A stretch of 59,687 bases of DNA, filler included, from Catajapyx aquilonaris (taxonomy: Eukaryota): the NCBI GenBank assembly GCA_000934665.2. It is 3 parts of 3 records of this genome, joined end to end, with 100 filler letters (N's around TTAATTAATTAA, not from the genome) between each part and the next. Parts side by side here need not be neighbours in the genome. Positions count along the whole stretch, not along the records: positions 1 to 19,832 come from JYFJ02006384.1; 2 more parts are not named here. The stretch is one strand, 5' to 3'. Position 1 is the stretch's first letter. Every line of letters starts with the position of its first letter. The translations under genes and the position numbers were made by a program. The notes under the pieces are model-generated. The model had not been told where the DNA came from and made no database searches. It worked only from the letters and a program-made list of their open reading frames with translations. This document shows positions 1 through 11,089 of this stretch, piece after piece.

Positions 1-415
1 GGCCTTTCATAAACAGTCAGGAGCCAGTCTAAACCCTGGCCCGTAAAGTAACAGTGCTGTGGCGTCGTGGTGAGCAGTTTACTGTCCAGGGTAATAGAGG
101 TAGCATGCCGCCCACGGAAACCCCCTTCAAAATTGGCGCAAACCAACGACCCGACACCCGTGCAGACCAAATATGGCGCGGACCAAAGACGGCTGAAATC
201 TATGGCAATTTCTGCCAAGCCCGATTGGCGGCGCGCCCGGAGGGGGCGGACTGGGCCGGGCGGGCAGCTCTTTTGCGCCAGATTCGAATTTCCGAACTTT
301 GACGGCTCGCCCTGGCCTTACCGTTCGTCTCTCAGGAAAACTGCTTATACCCTCGGAATAAGGATTTCTTGCCCGATTTTTAGAACACAACTTGTATTTT
401 GAGTGGAGTGTCCCT
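1..415. mobile_element. Right part of a non-autonomous TIR element (Kolobok/T2-like, ...CCCT|TTAA), truncated by the window start
   Basis: Ends CAACTTGTATTTTGAGTGGAGTGTCCCT|TTAA. The last ~110 bp match the right end of the complete copy at 15655-16158. Confidence 0.75.
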
Positions 416-1636
416 TTAAGACATAAGACTTATCCTGAGGGGAACAATGGGGCCACTCTACTTGTTGGGGGAAGGGGGAGCAGAAGGAGAGAGGGAGAGG
501 AGAGATGGGAGAGGAGGGCTAAGTGTGAAGGTAATCACAGAAATGGTTGTGTGAGTTTGTAAACACATTCAACACAGGCAGAACAATTGAGTTTGGAGCA
601 CTTTTTTTCAATTCTGGGAAAATTATTGCAAAGGGCAAATGCATCGCATTCTTCAGCCATAGCAGGGAATCTGCATCCTGCCCAAAATGGGACATTGCAT
701 AGCAAGAAAGAATAACAAACAGTCCAAAAAATTCGAAATGAGAATCCACACTAAATGCTGTTATATCCATGCAGCCTGCACTGCTGTACCATGTGATTCA
801 ATATTGAGCTCACATCCATATTGGCAGAAATCTCGTGCCGACCCACAAATCATACTGGCACCACGAGAAGGGAGACAAAGAGAGAGGGGAGTTATGCATG
901 GGGATGCACCTTTGGTTCTTCTGCCCAGCTCATATTTGTCGGATTCACTCAGTCTAAATAAGGCCAGTTAGATGTAGGAGCATCCACAATATTTTCACCA
1001 ATATGTATGTGTGAGCTATCTTTTGAAACACTCAGTGTATGTTTCATGCACTACTGCATATTTTAAAAGTTCACAGCTGGCCAGGAGGTAGCACCATAAA
1101 ATCTGAGGCCAACAAACAACAATGGAAACTTAGGGTCTACCCAGGGGTGGTCCTTGTACTTGTCCTGGTCCAATCAGAATGGGCCCAGGAATGTTCCTGT
1201 GTAGACCCCTTCACAATTGTTAGATGTATTGGGAATTTTCCCATAATCTCGCTTATGAGTTTCCATGATAATTTGTTGTTGGCTACTGACATCCTTAGCA
1301 GAAAGATGAAAAACTACCAATAATTTATATATGCAAGTCACACTTAGTAAGTTGACAGATCTGGACAATGTCACCACTTATGCTCTCCCCAAAAGTTACA
1401 TTATGTTGCGGTAATGATACAAAACAATGACTTAGCATACGTATTATTACGAAAACAGGTTTCGGAGTTAGGAACTTAGAAAAGAGTTTTCCAAAAGCTA
1501 AATTAAAATCACACATAACATCTTGGCACTTGGAAGACAGAATTATGAACTCCCACTTTCATGTTAGTGGCATACAAATGGTGCTGAATGGAGGTTTCTG
1601 AGTTCCAGAACTTGGAAATCTGTTTTCTTACTCTAA

Positions 1637-1804
1637 AGGGGCATTTACACATGAAGACCCGGTCTGCAGGGGTATATCTGTGTAACCAGGTTTTTAAACC
1701 AGCATAGAGTGGAATGGGTAGGCAGCCTGACGGCAGGTCTTAAGACCAGCCAGATTAGTCTTTAGACCCTGTTTGCATCCTGAATCCTGTATGCAAACAA
1801 CCTC
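1637..1804. mobile_element. Degenerate PIF/Harbinger-like MITE
   Basis: TAA|AGGGGCATTTACACATG ... TGTATGCAAACAACCTC|TAA: imperfect terminal inverted repeats with TAA flanks. Confidence 0.4.
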
Positions 1805-2018
1805 TAAACTGAATGTTAGCTCCACTGTAAGAAGCAGCACATGAGAAATGCTATATTTCTCTCAGGTCATCTACACACATCAGAACATAGAAAATGTTGT
1901 ATATTCACAATATCCTGCATAAAAAGATAAGGCATGAGAGGTGTTGCATGTTGACTGACCATGCATAAAAAATCGATGTCTGACCGACGAGCTTCTTTTC
2001 AAATTGTCTTGCATCCAT

Positions 2019-2139
2019 CTATGGAAAGCTCCGCAGTTTCCAATGACCTCCACACGGGCATCCACGAGCCCACCTTTGATCCCAGGCACGGTTGGCAGCA
2101 GAACGTGGTAGACCTTGTAGTAAAGTCAAACTACAGCAC
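2019..2139 (-). CDS. MED16: Mediator subunit 16, last coding exon (RCCSLTLL...WDQRWARGCPCGGHWKLRSFP*)
   Basis: Acceptor ttcag, TAG stop, phase matches the previous exon. W-x-QRW-x3-C-x-CGG-x-W is the MED16 C-terminal motif. Confidence 0.93.
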
Positions 2140-2570
2140 CTGAAATGTTTATTTATTTATTTATTTTCATACTCTGTGCTTGAGCTGTACTCCTTACAAT
2201 AGATGTTACATTGTGTGAACCAACCCATTCATTGGAGGAGAAACAAGAACATTAAAAAAAAGAGAGAAGAAAGGTCATACGCTGTAGAAATGCAAGTAAT
2301 GAAAAGACATGTTAACTGAATTGATAACAAGTAGCATGCTTGAAGTACACCCAAAAATTTCACTCTGTACTGATTTCACCCTAATTCTTTACCTGTTTTT
2401 AATACTCACATAAATTTAGTATTTTTGCTGCATTCAAAAAAATCTGCTGTTTGTGAATTGTAAATAGCTTCGTGAAATGGTCTGGTGGGTAGCAAGGGAT
2501 GTCATATACAAATCTGTGCCTTGGTGTGGAGAAAAGCTGACATTCATATATCAGATGATCAATCGACATA

Positions 2571-3318
2571 CAGTGCACCCCGCTTATTTGGACCACATCG
2601 GGGCCCCATAATTTTGGCCCAATAAAGTGGGTGTTCGATTAACCGGGGTTCATGTGAAAAAAAACCGGGGAAAAACGCAAAAAATTAGACTGTACTACCA
2701 GCTTTAATCCTCAAAAATGATTGTGCAACAGGTGCAGGTAAAATAGTCGTATAAAAGTGACTGTGTCATGCAAACGTCATGGAAGTGCAAAGTACTGTAC
2801 GACTGTACAGTAATTTAGTGCTCACTCTGCTGTAAAAATTGTCTAGTAACACCTGTCGGGACTTCATGTTAACAAAGTCTGCGCAGGTGTCGAGTGCAGT
2901 CACAGGACCGCCGTCATTCCCTACTTGCATAAAAAACCGTCTTACAACAGCCACAGAATTCCGCGCTTCTGTGGCTATCACTGGAATGGGCGCAGGTGTT
3001 TCATCCTCCTCACTTTCTTGGTCATCCTCTTCCTTTAGGTACTTGGCCGCCACTTGATCAATAATGGCATGTTCCACCCCGGATGCACTACTGTAAATGA
3101 CTTAGGAATGGTCCCTTAATCACAAGCCCTACAGGTGTTATGTGCAGTACAGTAGTATAGCATTATAGCAACCAAACTGGTCCGACTAACCGGGGAAATC
3201 ACCAGCTATGCGAGGAAAAATTACATTGACGGTATTGATTTGATTCCGGTCCTGGCGATTATGTCCAAAAATGCGGGGCCCCCGAAAAATCAGGGCACCA
3301 ATTAAGCGGGGTGCACTG
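2571..3318 (-). mobile_element. pogo/Tigger-like internally deleted DNA transposon
   Basis: TA|CAGTGCACCCCGCTTATTTGG ... CCAATTAAGCGGGGTGCACTG|TA. Internal ORF 2766-3077(-) has the acidic tract and 'RQVLLDNFY' tail typical of pogo/Tigger transposase C-termini. Confidence 0.85.
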
Positions 3319-3731
3319 TATTTGTTTTCCAATTGCACTAGTCGCACACCTCCTCTGGGTTTAGTTTTATCACCAACTGATTTTGAAGTCTTAGTATTGT
3401 AGAATAATTTCTTAGATTATCAGTAGACGTATGTCCGGTTAAGGTAAACCCAGAGTGAAGTAATTTTCTTTCTGGAAATCATGCTTAATTGCTTTGTAGT
3501 GTAAATATCGTCAGGTCACCTCATGCCTAGCCAGGGCTTCATTTTTAAGCCTTGTTCCACCGTATGTAACAATTTAGGGAGTTCTTCTATTTCATTTATC
3601 CAATCTGTTGTGTATGGTTGAAAATTTTTGTTGCAGTTAATCACCCAGTTCAGAGTTTCATTTGGCTTAGTTTCTGCCCTTTGAATGGAGTAGTCAAGTG
3701 CTGCTATCAGCAGTTCATTATTAGAGTGCTA

Positions 3732-4080
3732 GGGGAGGCGAAGTGGTGCTGCGGTAACGTATGCGCCCACGAATGTTAAGGTCGCGGGATCAAATCCTGC
3801 CTGGGGACACCCCTTCATCTCGTGCAGAGTTCAGGGTCACCTCTGGCTTCGTCTCAGGTGGTATTTCCAATAGACTAAACCACCGGGGGGAGTTCACTAA
3901 AAATGGGCACATTAGGACATTGCAATGCACTTTGCACATCCCCTCCTGTCATCCTGCCCGTGGGCCCGGGCGCTTCGTCAAAGGTTCCAATTGTGTACAA
4001 TTGTACTAGTTAATAAATAAAGGTCCATGCAATACCCCAAGAGGGGTCCAAGCACTACCCGGATTAATTAATTAATTATT
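3732..4080 (+). mobile_element. tRNA-derived SINE, family A
   Basis: A/B-box-like head (GTGGTGCTGCGGTAA...GGATCAAATCC), (ATT)n tail, TSD ATTATTAGAGTGCT. Homologous to 8921-9304 and 17511-18095. Confidence 0.85.
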
Positions 4081-6107
4081 ATTATTAGAGTGCTTTTTTA
4101 TCATGAGGGTAAAGGACCTGTTCAAGTAGCCCCGCTACCTAAACGGCCACCATCTTGCGCATCTTGTAGTGTATAATCTATGCACCTAGTTTTACGCTGA
4201 AGGCCGCTGTGTTCGCCACTGACTGTATCTTTGATGTGGTAGGGGTTGCTACCTAGCGGCCTTGGTAGGATTCAAAACATGTTGTCACGTGGTGAACTGT
4301 TTTATTAGTTGATTTAGAGGCAGGAAAACTCGTGTGGTTTTTACCCCGTAAAAATGTTGTAAGAATATTCGTGTGAGACAAATGCCGCCTCAGGGAACCG
4401 ATATGCGAAATGCAAGCCCCATCGAGATATCACGCGTTTGCCCAATCGCGTATCTCTCCCTCACTCCCTTTCCTCTCTCTCACTCTCCCCTAAAAGAGAG
4501 AGAGGAAAGAGAGAGACGAAGCTGGCGGACTCAAGATGGCGTTCGTTGGCAAAGCAAGTGCGAACTCTCTCTCCAAACTGATGAAGGTCACCCTTAAGAA
4601 GCATTCTTCCATTGAATGACATATATTAGAGTGGCTGGACAGCAACATTTTGATCCAACTCCCCTGCGTTGCCAAGTTTCGGTGATCTGCTCCAATCTAA
4701 TGACACGAATCATTGAGCCATGTGGGTGGCCTTTCTTTGCCAGGATAACTTTGAACAGGTCCTTTAGCTATTGCCCTCAGTGCATTTAATGTTAAGGGTA
4801 ATGTGCCTGTTTCAAGAAACAAAAAGTATCCTGGTGTTGATCTCGGTAGCATTTAGAATTTTTTTTCAAAAAATACGCTTGCACCGGTTGGATCTCCGCT
4901 AAATGCCTGGGTCCCCAAATGGGGCAAGCATATACCATATTACCTCACTTAAAGCGGCATGCCGGTGTACTAGAGGTCGACCAGTTTTTAGTAATTCACG
5001 ATCTGGTGGCTATACCAGCATGCTGGTCTAAGGGAGGTATGCCGATATAAGGTGAGGTTTTCTTAAGCAGAGCATTGTCACGATCTCTGTGAAAATTATT
5101 CTTATTATTACTCAATTGAATGCATTGCACCATGTTCTATGGTGCGGACACAGCCCAGTACACTTATATTTCCTGACACATTTCATAAGATCATTCGATA
5201 AGTTCTTTCACGGTAACTTCAATTAACAGTACGAGGCTGCAAGAAGGGAAGCATACCTACCAGGATATTACATACGGTGGGTTTGGATTTTATTTTCTGA
5301 GTAATGAGGCTTCTCAGACAAATTGATACCACTACACAAATTGATCATCTGATTGCCAACGAGATCCACGACTAGCGTATTATCGAGCATAACGAAATAC
5401 TTAAGTAATTTGCCTTTATCGTAATTAGTAATGTTTAGGGGGGGTTCCCCTCTCAGAGCAGGCTTAATATGAGATTGGTTTTACACTTTATGACCTGCGC
5501 AACAGATGAACTTGCATATTCTCACAGCCCTTTGTGCCTGTACTGGCACATTTTTCACCATAACATGATTTTAGTACATTGTATTCGAAAATATTTGTCA
5601 AAGATCAAAATGATGGAAAGGTGTGTTCACATATACGCGAATAAACACTTGCGAGCGATTTTCAGGTTTTGCTTTTTCGTGTCTTTTACGTCACGAAGCA
5701 AGCGAATTTTTGGAAAATTTTCCGGGCCTTCACGTATCCGCTATCCGATAAAACTTACTCGTTAGTTATGAAACATGCACTGTGCAGCAGGGCAGGTAGG
5801 AGGGAGGACAGGGTCGGGGTCATGTGGGCAGGAGGAGGTCTTGGGCTGAGAAAGATGGCGGAGCCCTGTGCTGCGGAGGCAGCCGGCATGGCACTGAAAA
5901 TGCTGCTGAACCGACCTCGGAAGGGCGTCCAGGTCGCAGTGCACCAAGTGGGGCAAGAGCTGGACATGGTGCGGAGGCTGGCAGGGTCGGGAATTTGCGA
6001 CAAAAAAATAGGTAACTTCCAAGCTCAGGCATCCGCATTCCAAACATGGCAGAGGAAGGCCGACAAGTCCGCGTGGCGTCGCTGGGTGGCTCAAACCACC
6101 TACTATA

Positions 6108-6918
6108 CAACTCTAGTGCATAAGTATTGGGCCACCCCCAAGAAATGGAGTGGTGGGGTTATAAACAAGATGTGATAAAAAGTTTCCATTAAGACTATCT
6201 GGACTTTAGAATGAATAATTATGAATAGTAACAATTTAGCTAGGATGATACCAAAGTTAGAGTTAATTTGACAATTAACAACTGAAGTAAATACGATTAT
6301 ACCTTGGACAGTGAATTTCTGTGGGGTCTGATAAAAATTGCTTTCACTACGTTTATTTCTTACTTAGTGGGATATAAATATTAATAACAAACCGCAGGAC
6401 TGTATTGAGAAGAAAAACTGTATTGAGATTAATTACAAAGAATCTATCACAGAATTAAAAAATATTTATCATGGCTTGCAAATATGAAATTTCTGTGCTT
6501 TTTTGGATTAAGGAATTTTTAAAGTCATAATTTTACATTAATTCTTTTGAAATTTTTTATTATAGCACATTGGACTGAGCGATAAATAAAAAATACTATC
6601 ACATTTTAATTTATTAATAAATAACATTGGTACAGCAAACTGTATCAATTTCTGAAAAAAATTCACTAGCATAAATATTTTTTAATTCCGTGGCAGATTT
6701 TTTGTAATTAATCTCGATAGTTTTTGGGTTTGTGTGGCCCCTCAGGTTCGCTATAAATATTTACATCCCGCTAAGTAAGAAATAAAAATAGCGGAAGCAA
6801 TTTTTTTGTCAGACCCCACAGAAATTCACTGTCCAAGGTATAATCATATTTATATCAGTTGTTAACTGTCAACCACTCCATTTCTTGGGCGTGGCCCAAT
6901 ACTTATGCACTGGAGTTG
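6108..6918. mobile_element. Tc1/mariner-type foldback element with long inverted repeats
   Basis: TA|CAACTCTAGTGCATAAGTATTGGGCCAC ... GTGGCCCAATACTTATGCACTGGAGTTG|TA. Additional internal inverted repeat ~6268-6395 vs ~6745-6872. Confidence 0.8.
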
Positions 6919-6956
6919 TAGCAACAGAAAATTAATGAAAAAGGAATGCATCAAAC

Positions 6957-7102
6957 CTGGTGCACTGCTTTACAGCTGCAGGTTGCTGGCCCAAATAGAT
7001 ATGGCGGACAGCATCCATTAAGGCTTCCCGCTGAGCAGCACCATCAAACAGACTAGGTTCAGTTTTGAACTGGACAAAATCAGGCTCCTGTCCATATTCA
7101 AG
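6957..7102 (-). CDS. MED16: MED16 coding exon (LEYGQEPDF...MDAVRHIYLGQQPAAVKQCTR)
   Basis: ttttcag acceptor, GT donor, 146 nt, phase 0 to 2. D-x-RH-x-LG...K-x-CTR motif. Confidence 0.92.
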
Positions 7103-7267
7103 CTGAAAAATAAAGTGGCATTCTCTACATCCTCGATTTTCTAGATCACTGAGAAATTATCCAATATCATCTGTTCCATCAAAAATGATGTTTTTCATTT
7201 TCCTAAACCTTTAGAATCCATATGGGACATATTGGCACCCTGTACAATGTACTACATGAGTACATAC

Positions 7268-7377
7268 CTGTAATGGTGGTGTTTGTTGCCACAGAGCTGG
7301 GCTTGCAATACCATATGCCATAGCGCCAAAGTTGACATGAGGAATCATCACCTGGCTGTACAATACGCAGCATTCAT
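7268..7377 (-). CDS. MED16: MED16 coding exon (DECCVLYSQVMIP...QQTPPLQ)
   Basis: cacag acceptor, gtatgt donor, 110 nt, phase 1 to 0. Matches the conserved DECCLLPSQ segment. Confidence 0.92.
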
Positions 7378-7444
7378 CTGTGCAAGGGAGTCATATAAAA
7401 GTTTTGCTTAATGTTCATCAAAATGGTTAGAATCCACAGCACTG

Positions 7445-8191
7445 TCAGTGTTTTGCATTGCCCCCTATCTCACTGTCTATGTGATTGCTGTCACGGGGTA
7501 GACTGTTTGTGGGTGTTGCAGGAGTGTCCACATTCACTAAATGCAAATACCGGTCAAAAGCTTGAAATTCTGGAAGGCCTTGAAATGAATCCTGCCTTGG
7601 AACCAACTCTAGTGGCACAGGTCCTAAATTATCCACCGAGTTGTTCCGACTAAATATTGGCTTATCCTCAAAAATCTCTTCATCTTCACCAGTTTTGTTC
7701 ACAACATTCCTCACCACTTCAGAACCTCTCTGAAGCTTGAATGACCGTCTAGTCTTGATTTGCCACCGCGGATGCATTTGACGGCGTCGCCTTTGCCACA
7801 GAGGGACCTCATCCTTTTTCCAACGCGTTACATCATATGTTGGCTGTATCGTATAAAGTTTGGTTGCATATGAAGGTCCAGCAGCACTGAATGGCATCAA
7901 TGACTTACTCAGAAAGGCATCTTCCCCATGTGATTTGTCATGTTGAACACACAAAAAGAGAATGAGCAATGCCAATATCCAACAAACAGTAGCACTTAAC
8001 CAGTAGCCATAGAGCCAGTGAAACGGCCACGCATCACCCGAATGGTAGATGTAGCTGAAATGTGCTTCCCAAATATATGGACACAAGATGAACCAGTAAA
8101 GTGGAAAGATGGCACTGAAGAGGAGAAAAACTAACACTGTTGCTGCAATAAATCGCGAGAGCTTGTCTTGCCACAGCCATGGCTTCCACAT
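7445..8191 (-). CDS. Uncharacterised 248-aa predicted two-pass membrane protein nested in a MED16 intron (same strand)
   Basis: 747-nt uninterrupted ORF. ATG directly follows a pyrimidine-rich acceptor (tattttagcag|ATG). Two hydrophobic stretches (about aa 14-36 and 59-82). No transposon hallmarks recognised. Confidence 0.65.
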   Translation of the reverse strand: MWKPWLWQDKLSRFIAATVLVFLLFSAIFPLYWFILCPYIWEAHFSYIYHSGDAWPFHWLYGYWLSATVCWILALLILFLCVQHDKSHGEDAFLSKSLMPFSAAGPSYATKLYTIQPTYDVTRWKKDEVPLWQRRRRQMHPRWQIKTRRSFKLQRGSEVVRNVVNKTGEDEEIFEDKPIFSRNNSVDNLGPVPLELVPRQDSFQGLPEFQAFDRYLHLVNVDTPATPTNSLPRDSNHIDSEIGGNAKH

Positions 8192-8705
8192 CTGCTAAAA
8201 TAGTATGCAGCTGGTTCGGTCTCCATATATTTGTAAAATGCTGCGTTGTTACCCAAGTCAAGCAGGAAGTAGATAAGAATATCACACCACAACTTCCGGT
8301 ATTAGGTCAGACAAATTTTAGTCACTGTACTAGATTTGACATTTCAATAGTCCTGATATAAAAAGCGTATAATAAAAGTAAAGAGAATTATGCAATGTTT
8401 TCCGATTGAGGTGCCACTATGGTTCAATTTTTTTCTTTTCTTCTACTAATCTGCTTCTTACTAAGCAGTTACTTTCCAAATTAAAATGGTACCTAGCAAT
8501 ATTAGGTCCAATGGAAGAACCTCCTTCAGGCAATGAATTGCAATCAATTTCTCAAATTGAAACATTTTGTTTCACTTATATCTGAGATCAATGCTAAATC
8601 CATTTTTCAGAGCTTAGTCAAAAAGTGAGGCATCAATTCAACCTAACACCAGCAGGTAAATTTATTTCAGTACTCTAAAGTGATTGTTCAAATGCATCTG
8701 TTTAA

Positions 8706-9254
8706 CCCTTTGTCTCCCACTGGATTCCCCCAAAAGGGCCAAAGATGGCTCAGCATGGGACAATAATATATATAAAAAAAACTTATTTGTGGCTTTTTGG
8801 CACTTTGGAAAACTCCATCATTTTGGGAGTTTTCCAAAGTGTCAAAAGCCGCAAATAAGTATTAATTAATTAAATTTTAATATTATTATTATAAATCAAT
8901 ACTTATTGTACTTATTTGCAAAGGGAGGCAGAGTGGTGCTGCGGTAATGTATGCGCCCACGGATGTTAAGGTCCCGGGTTCGATCCCAGCCTGGGGGGAC
9001 ACCCCCTTCATCTCGTGCAGAGTTAAGCGGTCGTCTCTGGGTTCGTCTCGGGTGGCATCTCCGAAAGACTAAGCCACCCGGGGAGTTCACAAAATGTACC
9101 ACGCCACTCATTGCACTTGCACATTGCACATCCCCTCCTGTCATCCTGCCCGTGGGGCCTGGGCGATTCGCAAAAAGGCACCATGTACCATCCTAAATGA
9201 TCAATAAAGGTCCGTGCGAAACACCAACCAAGGTGACTGCACTACCCACAATTA

Positions 9255-9311
<57 letters not shown>

Positions 9312-9709
9312 TTGCAGCTTGTTGGCACTTCGGAAAACTCAAATTTGGGAGTTTTCCGAAGTGTGAAAAAGCTGCAAATCATTATTAATTTATTTTTCGC
9401 AACGTACGGCGATTTCAGTAAATTCGTCTGGCATGGTTTTCAAGGTTGTTATTCCCAATATTTTCAAGCATTTCATAATTAAATCAGCCTAACAGTTGGT
9501 CAGCAGTACTCGAATTTAGAGTTTTTATAGCCCTTTTTTAGAAATTAATTTATGGACTTCTAGATGAGCAATTGTTCCAGACCCATTCATAGTGTTTTCC
9601 CAGATAGGGTAAGTATAGCTGTTATTACTTGTCAAATATCTTGTCCATATCTTTGGAGTACGCATAAGCCGAAATCTGTGTGGTTCAGGCCTATCTGGTA
9701 GTGAAGGGG
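8706..9709. mobile_element. piggyBac-like non-autonomous element interrupted by a SINE
   Basis: TTAA|CCCTT ... AAGGGG|TTAA. The right end recurs at ~36340-36480. Confidence 0.7.
8921..9304 (+). mobile_element. tRNA-derived SINE, family A
   Basis: B box GGTTCGATCCC, (AAT)n tail, TSD TACTTATTTGCA at 8909-8920 and 9305-9316. Confidence 0.9.
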
Positions 9710-9713
9710 TTAA

Positions 9714-10740
9714 GGTGGAAATGAAGCTAGAGTCACTTAATGAGAATTTTATGAAAAAAACATATGTTACGCAGTTTCGTGTCCTCTTATCAATGGCGCA
9801 AAGAAAAATACACGTCACCGTGCAAATTAGCGAACTGGAGGACTCAGAAGTTCGCGATTTAACATGGGCCCTTATGGCAGAATTTTCAATAGTCCACAAA
9901 AAAATCATTAGTAAATGAGAATTTTAAAATTTAATGTGGAATATGTCGGGAATTATATACTGATCGTAACCGCAAAAAGAAAAACCTACCTCACCTTGCT
10001 CTTTCAATTTGTATTGCTGAAAAACGATGCGAAAATGATCCAGTGATGTCACATTGCTCCACTCCAGTGAGGGAGTGGCAACACAGCGTTGTTTACGGTA
10101 GCGTGATACGGTTGCATACGACCGTGAAATATGAGTGCAAGTTAGTATGATGGTTTTTACAATGGCTCACACAGGATTTTCGTTTGGCGGGGGTGTTTGT
10201 CAGACGTCAGAACCGTTATATTAGTTTATACAGTTATAATTATAATATAATAATAGAATGATTCGAATCCACCCGGCAATGACGTCACATACTGCTACGC
10301 GATAATTGGCCCGGACCTTTGCTGCGTTGCTGCTTCTATCTGTCACACGCATACCAACTGAACGTGTTCCAAATCCAACACAAATGAAGAGCTACAGGCT
10401 CCCCTTTCGGAACTAAACTTTTTAAAACGCCATGACAAATTGGGACCTCGTAATTACGACCGAATAAAATCGATTTCCATCAAAAATAAAAAATATTAAC
10501 CACACCTCCAAATACCATGTTTAAGTTGGCAGTCGTGAAAATTGCGCCTGCGCACAAAAACATCCAGCCGGTAATTGGCCCATATTAAATCGAGTTTAAA
10601 ACGCAGATTCGAATGGAATGTATAGGATTGAACAGCATTTACGGCTGCATCGGTTGCGTATGTTTCCCTGATTTTAGTCCTTCTTATTAACATTCCAATT
10701 CTAGACTCTCATTTGATTAGCAAGTCGCTTCATTTCCACC
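9714..10740. mobile_element. Kolobok-like non-autonomous DNA transposon
   Basis: TTAA|GGTGGAAATGAAGC ... GCTTCATTTCCACC|TTAA: perfect 14-bp TIR, RR...YY termini, TTAA flanks. Confidence 0.8.
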
Positions 10741-11089
10741 TTAAGTGTCAGTTTAAAATTTTTTAAAGGTCTAGTTTAAATGGAGGTAATGCGAGCCACC
10801 AGGTACAACAAAAGGTGGGTCAAGTGGCAAGCGGACACCGTCTAGAGCTCGGAGCAGTCCGCCCGGCCAATTAAGAGTGAGGGCACTTTTTACGATTGAA
10901 ATGACGGCGGGGAGCTTGCCTACCCTTGACAGATAGTTCTGATTTTTCCCTCGGCGAAAAGTAAGTCACAGAATTTCGGGCATTTTAAAATGGTTTTCAG
11001 CTGCACGTCCACTTACCGGGATTATTCCTATTCTTTCAAGTAGCACCAGGGAGGGGGGAGGGGGGTGTAGTTTCTCTTTTTTTCCCCCA

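Noticed and set aside
5669..6175. 168-aa GC-rich ORF and overlapping antisense ORFs
   Set aside because: No recognisable domain or splice context; it runs into a transposon TIR.
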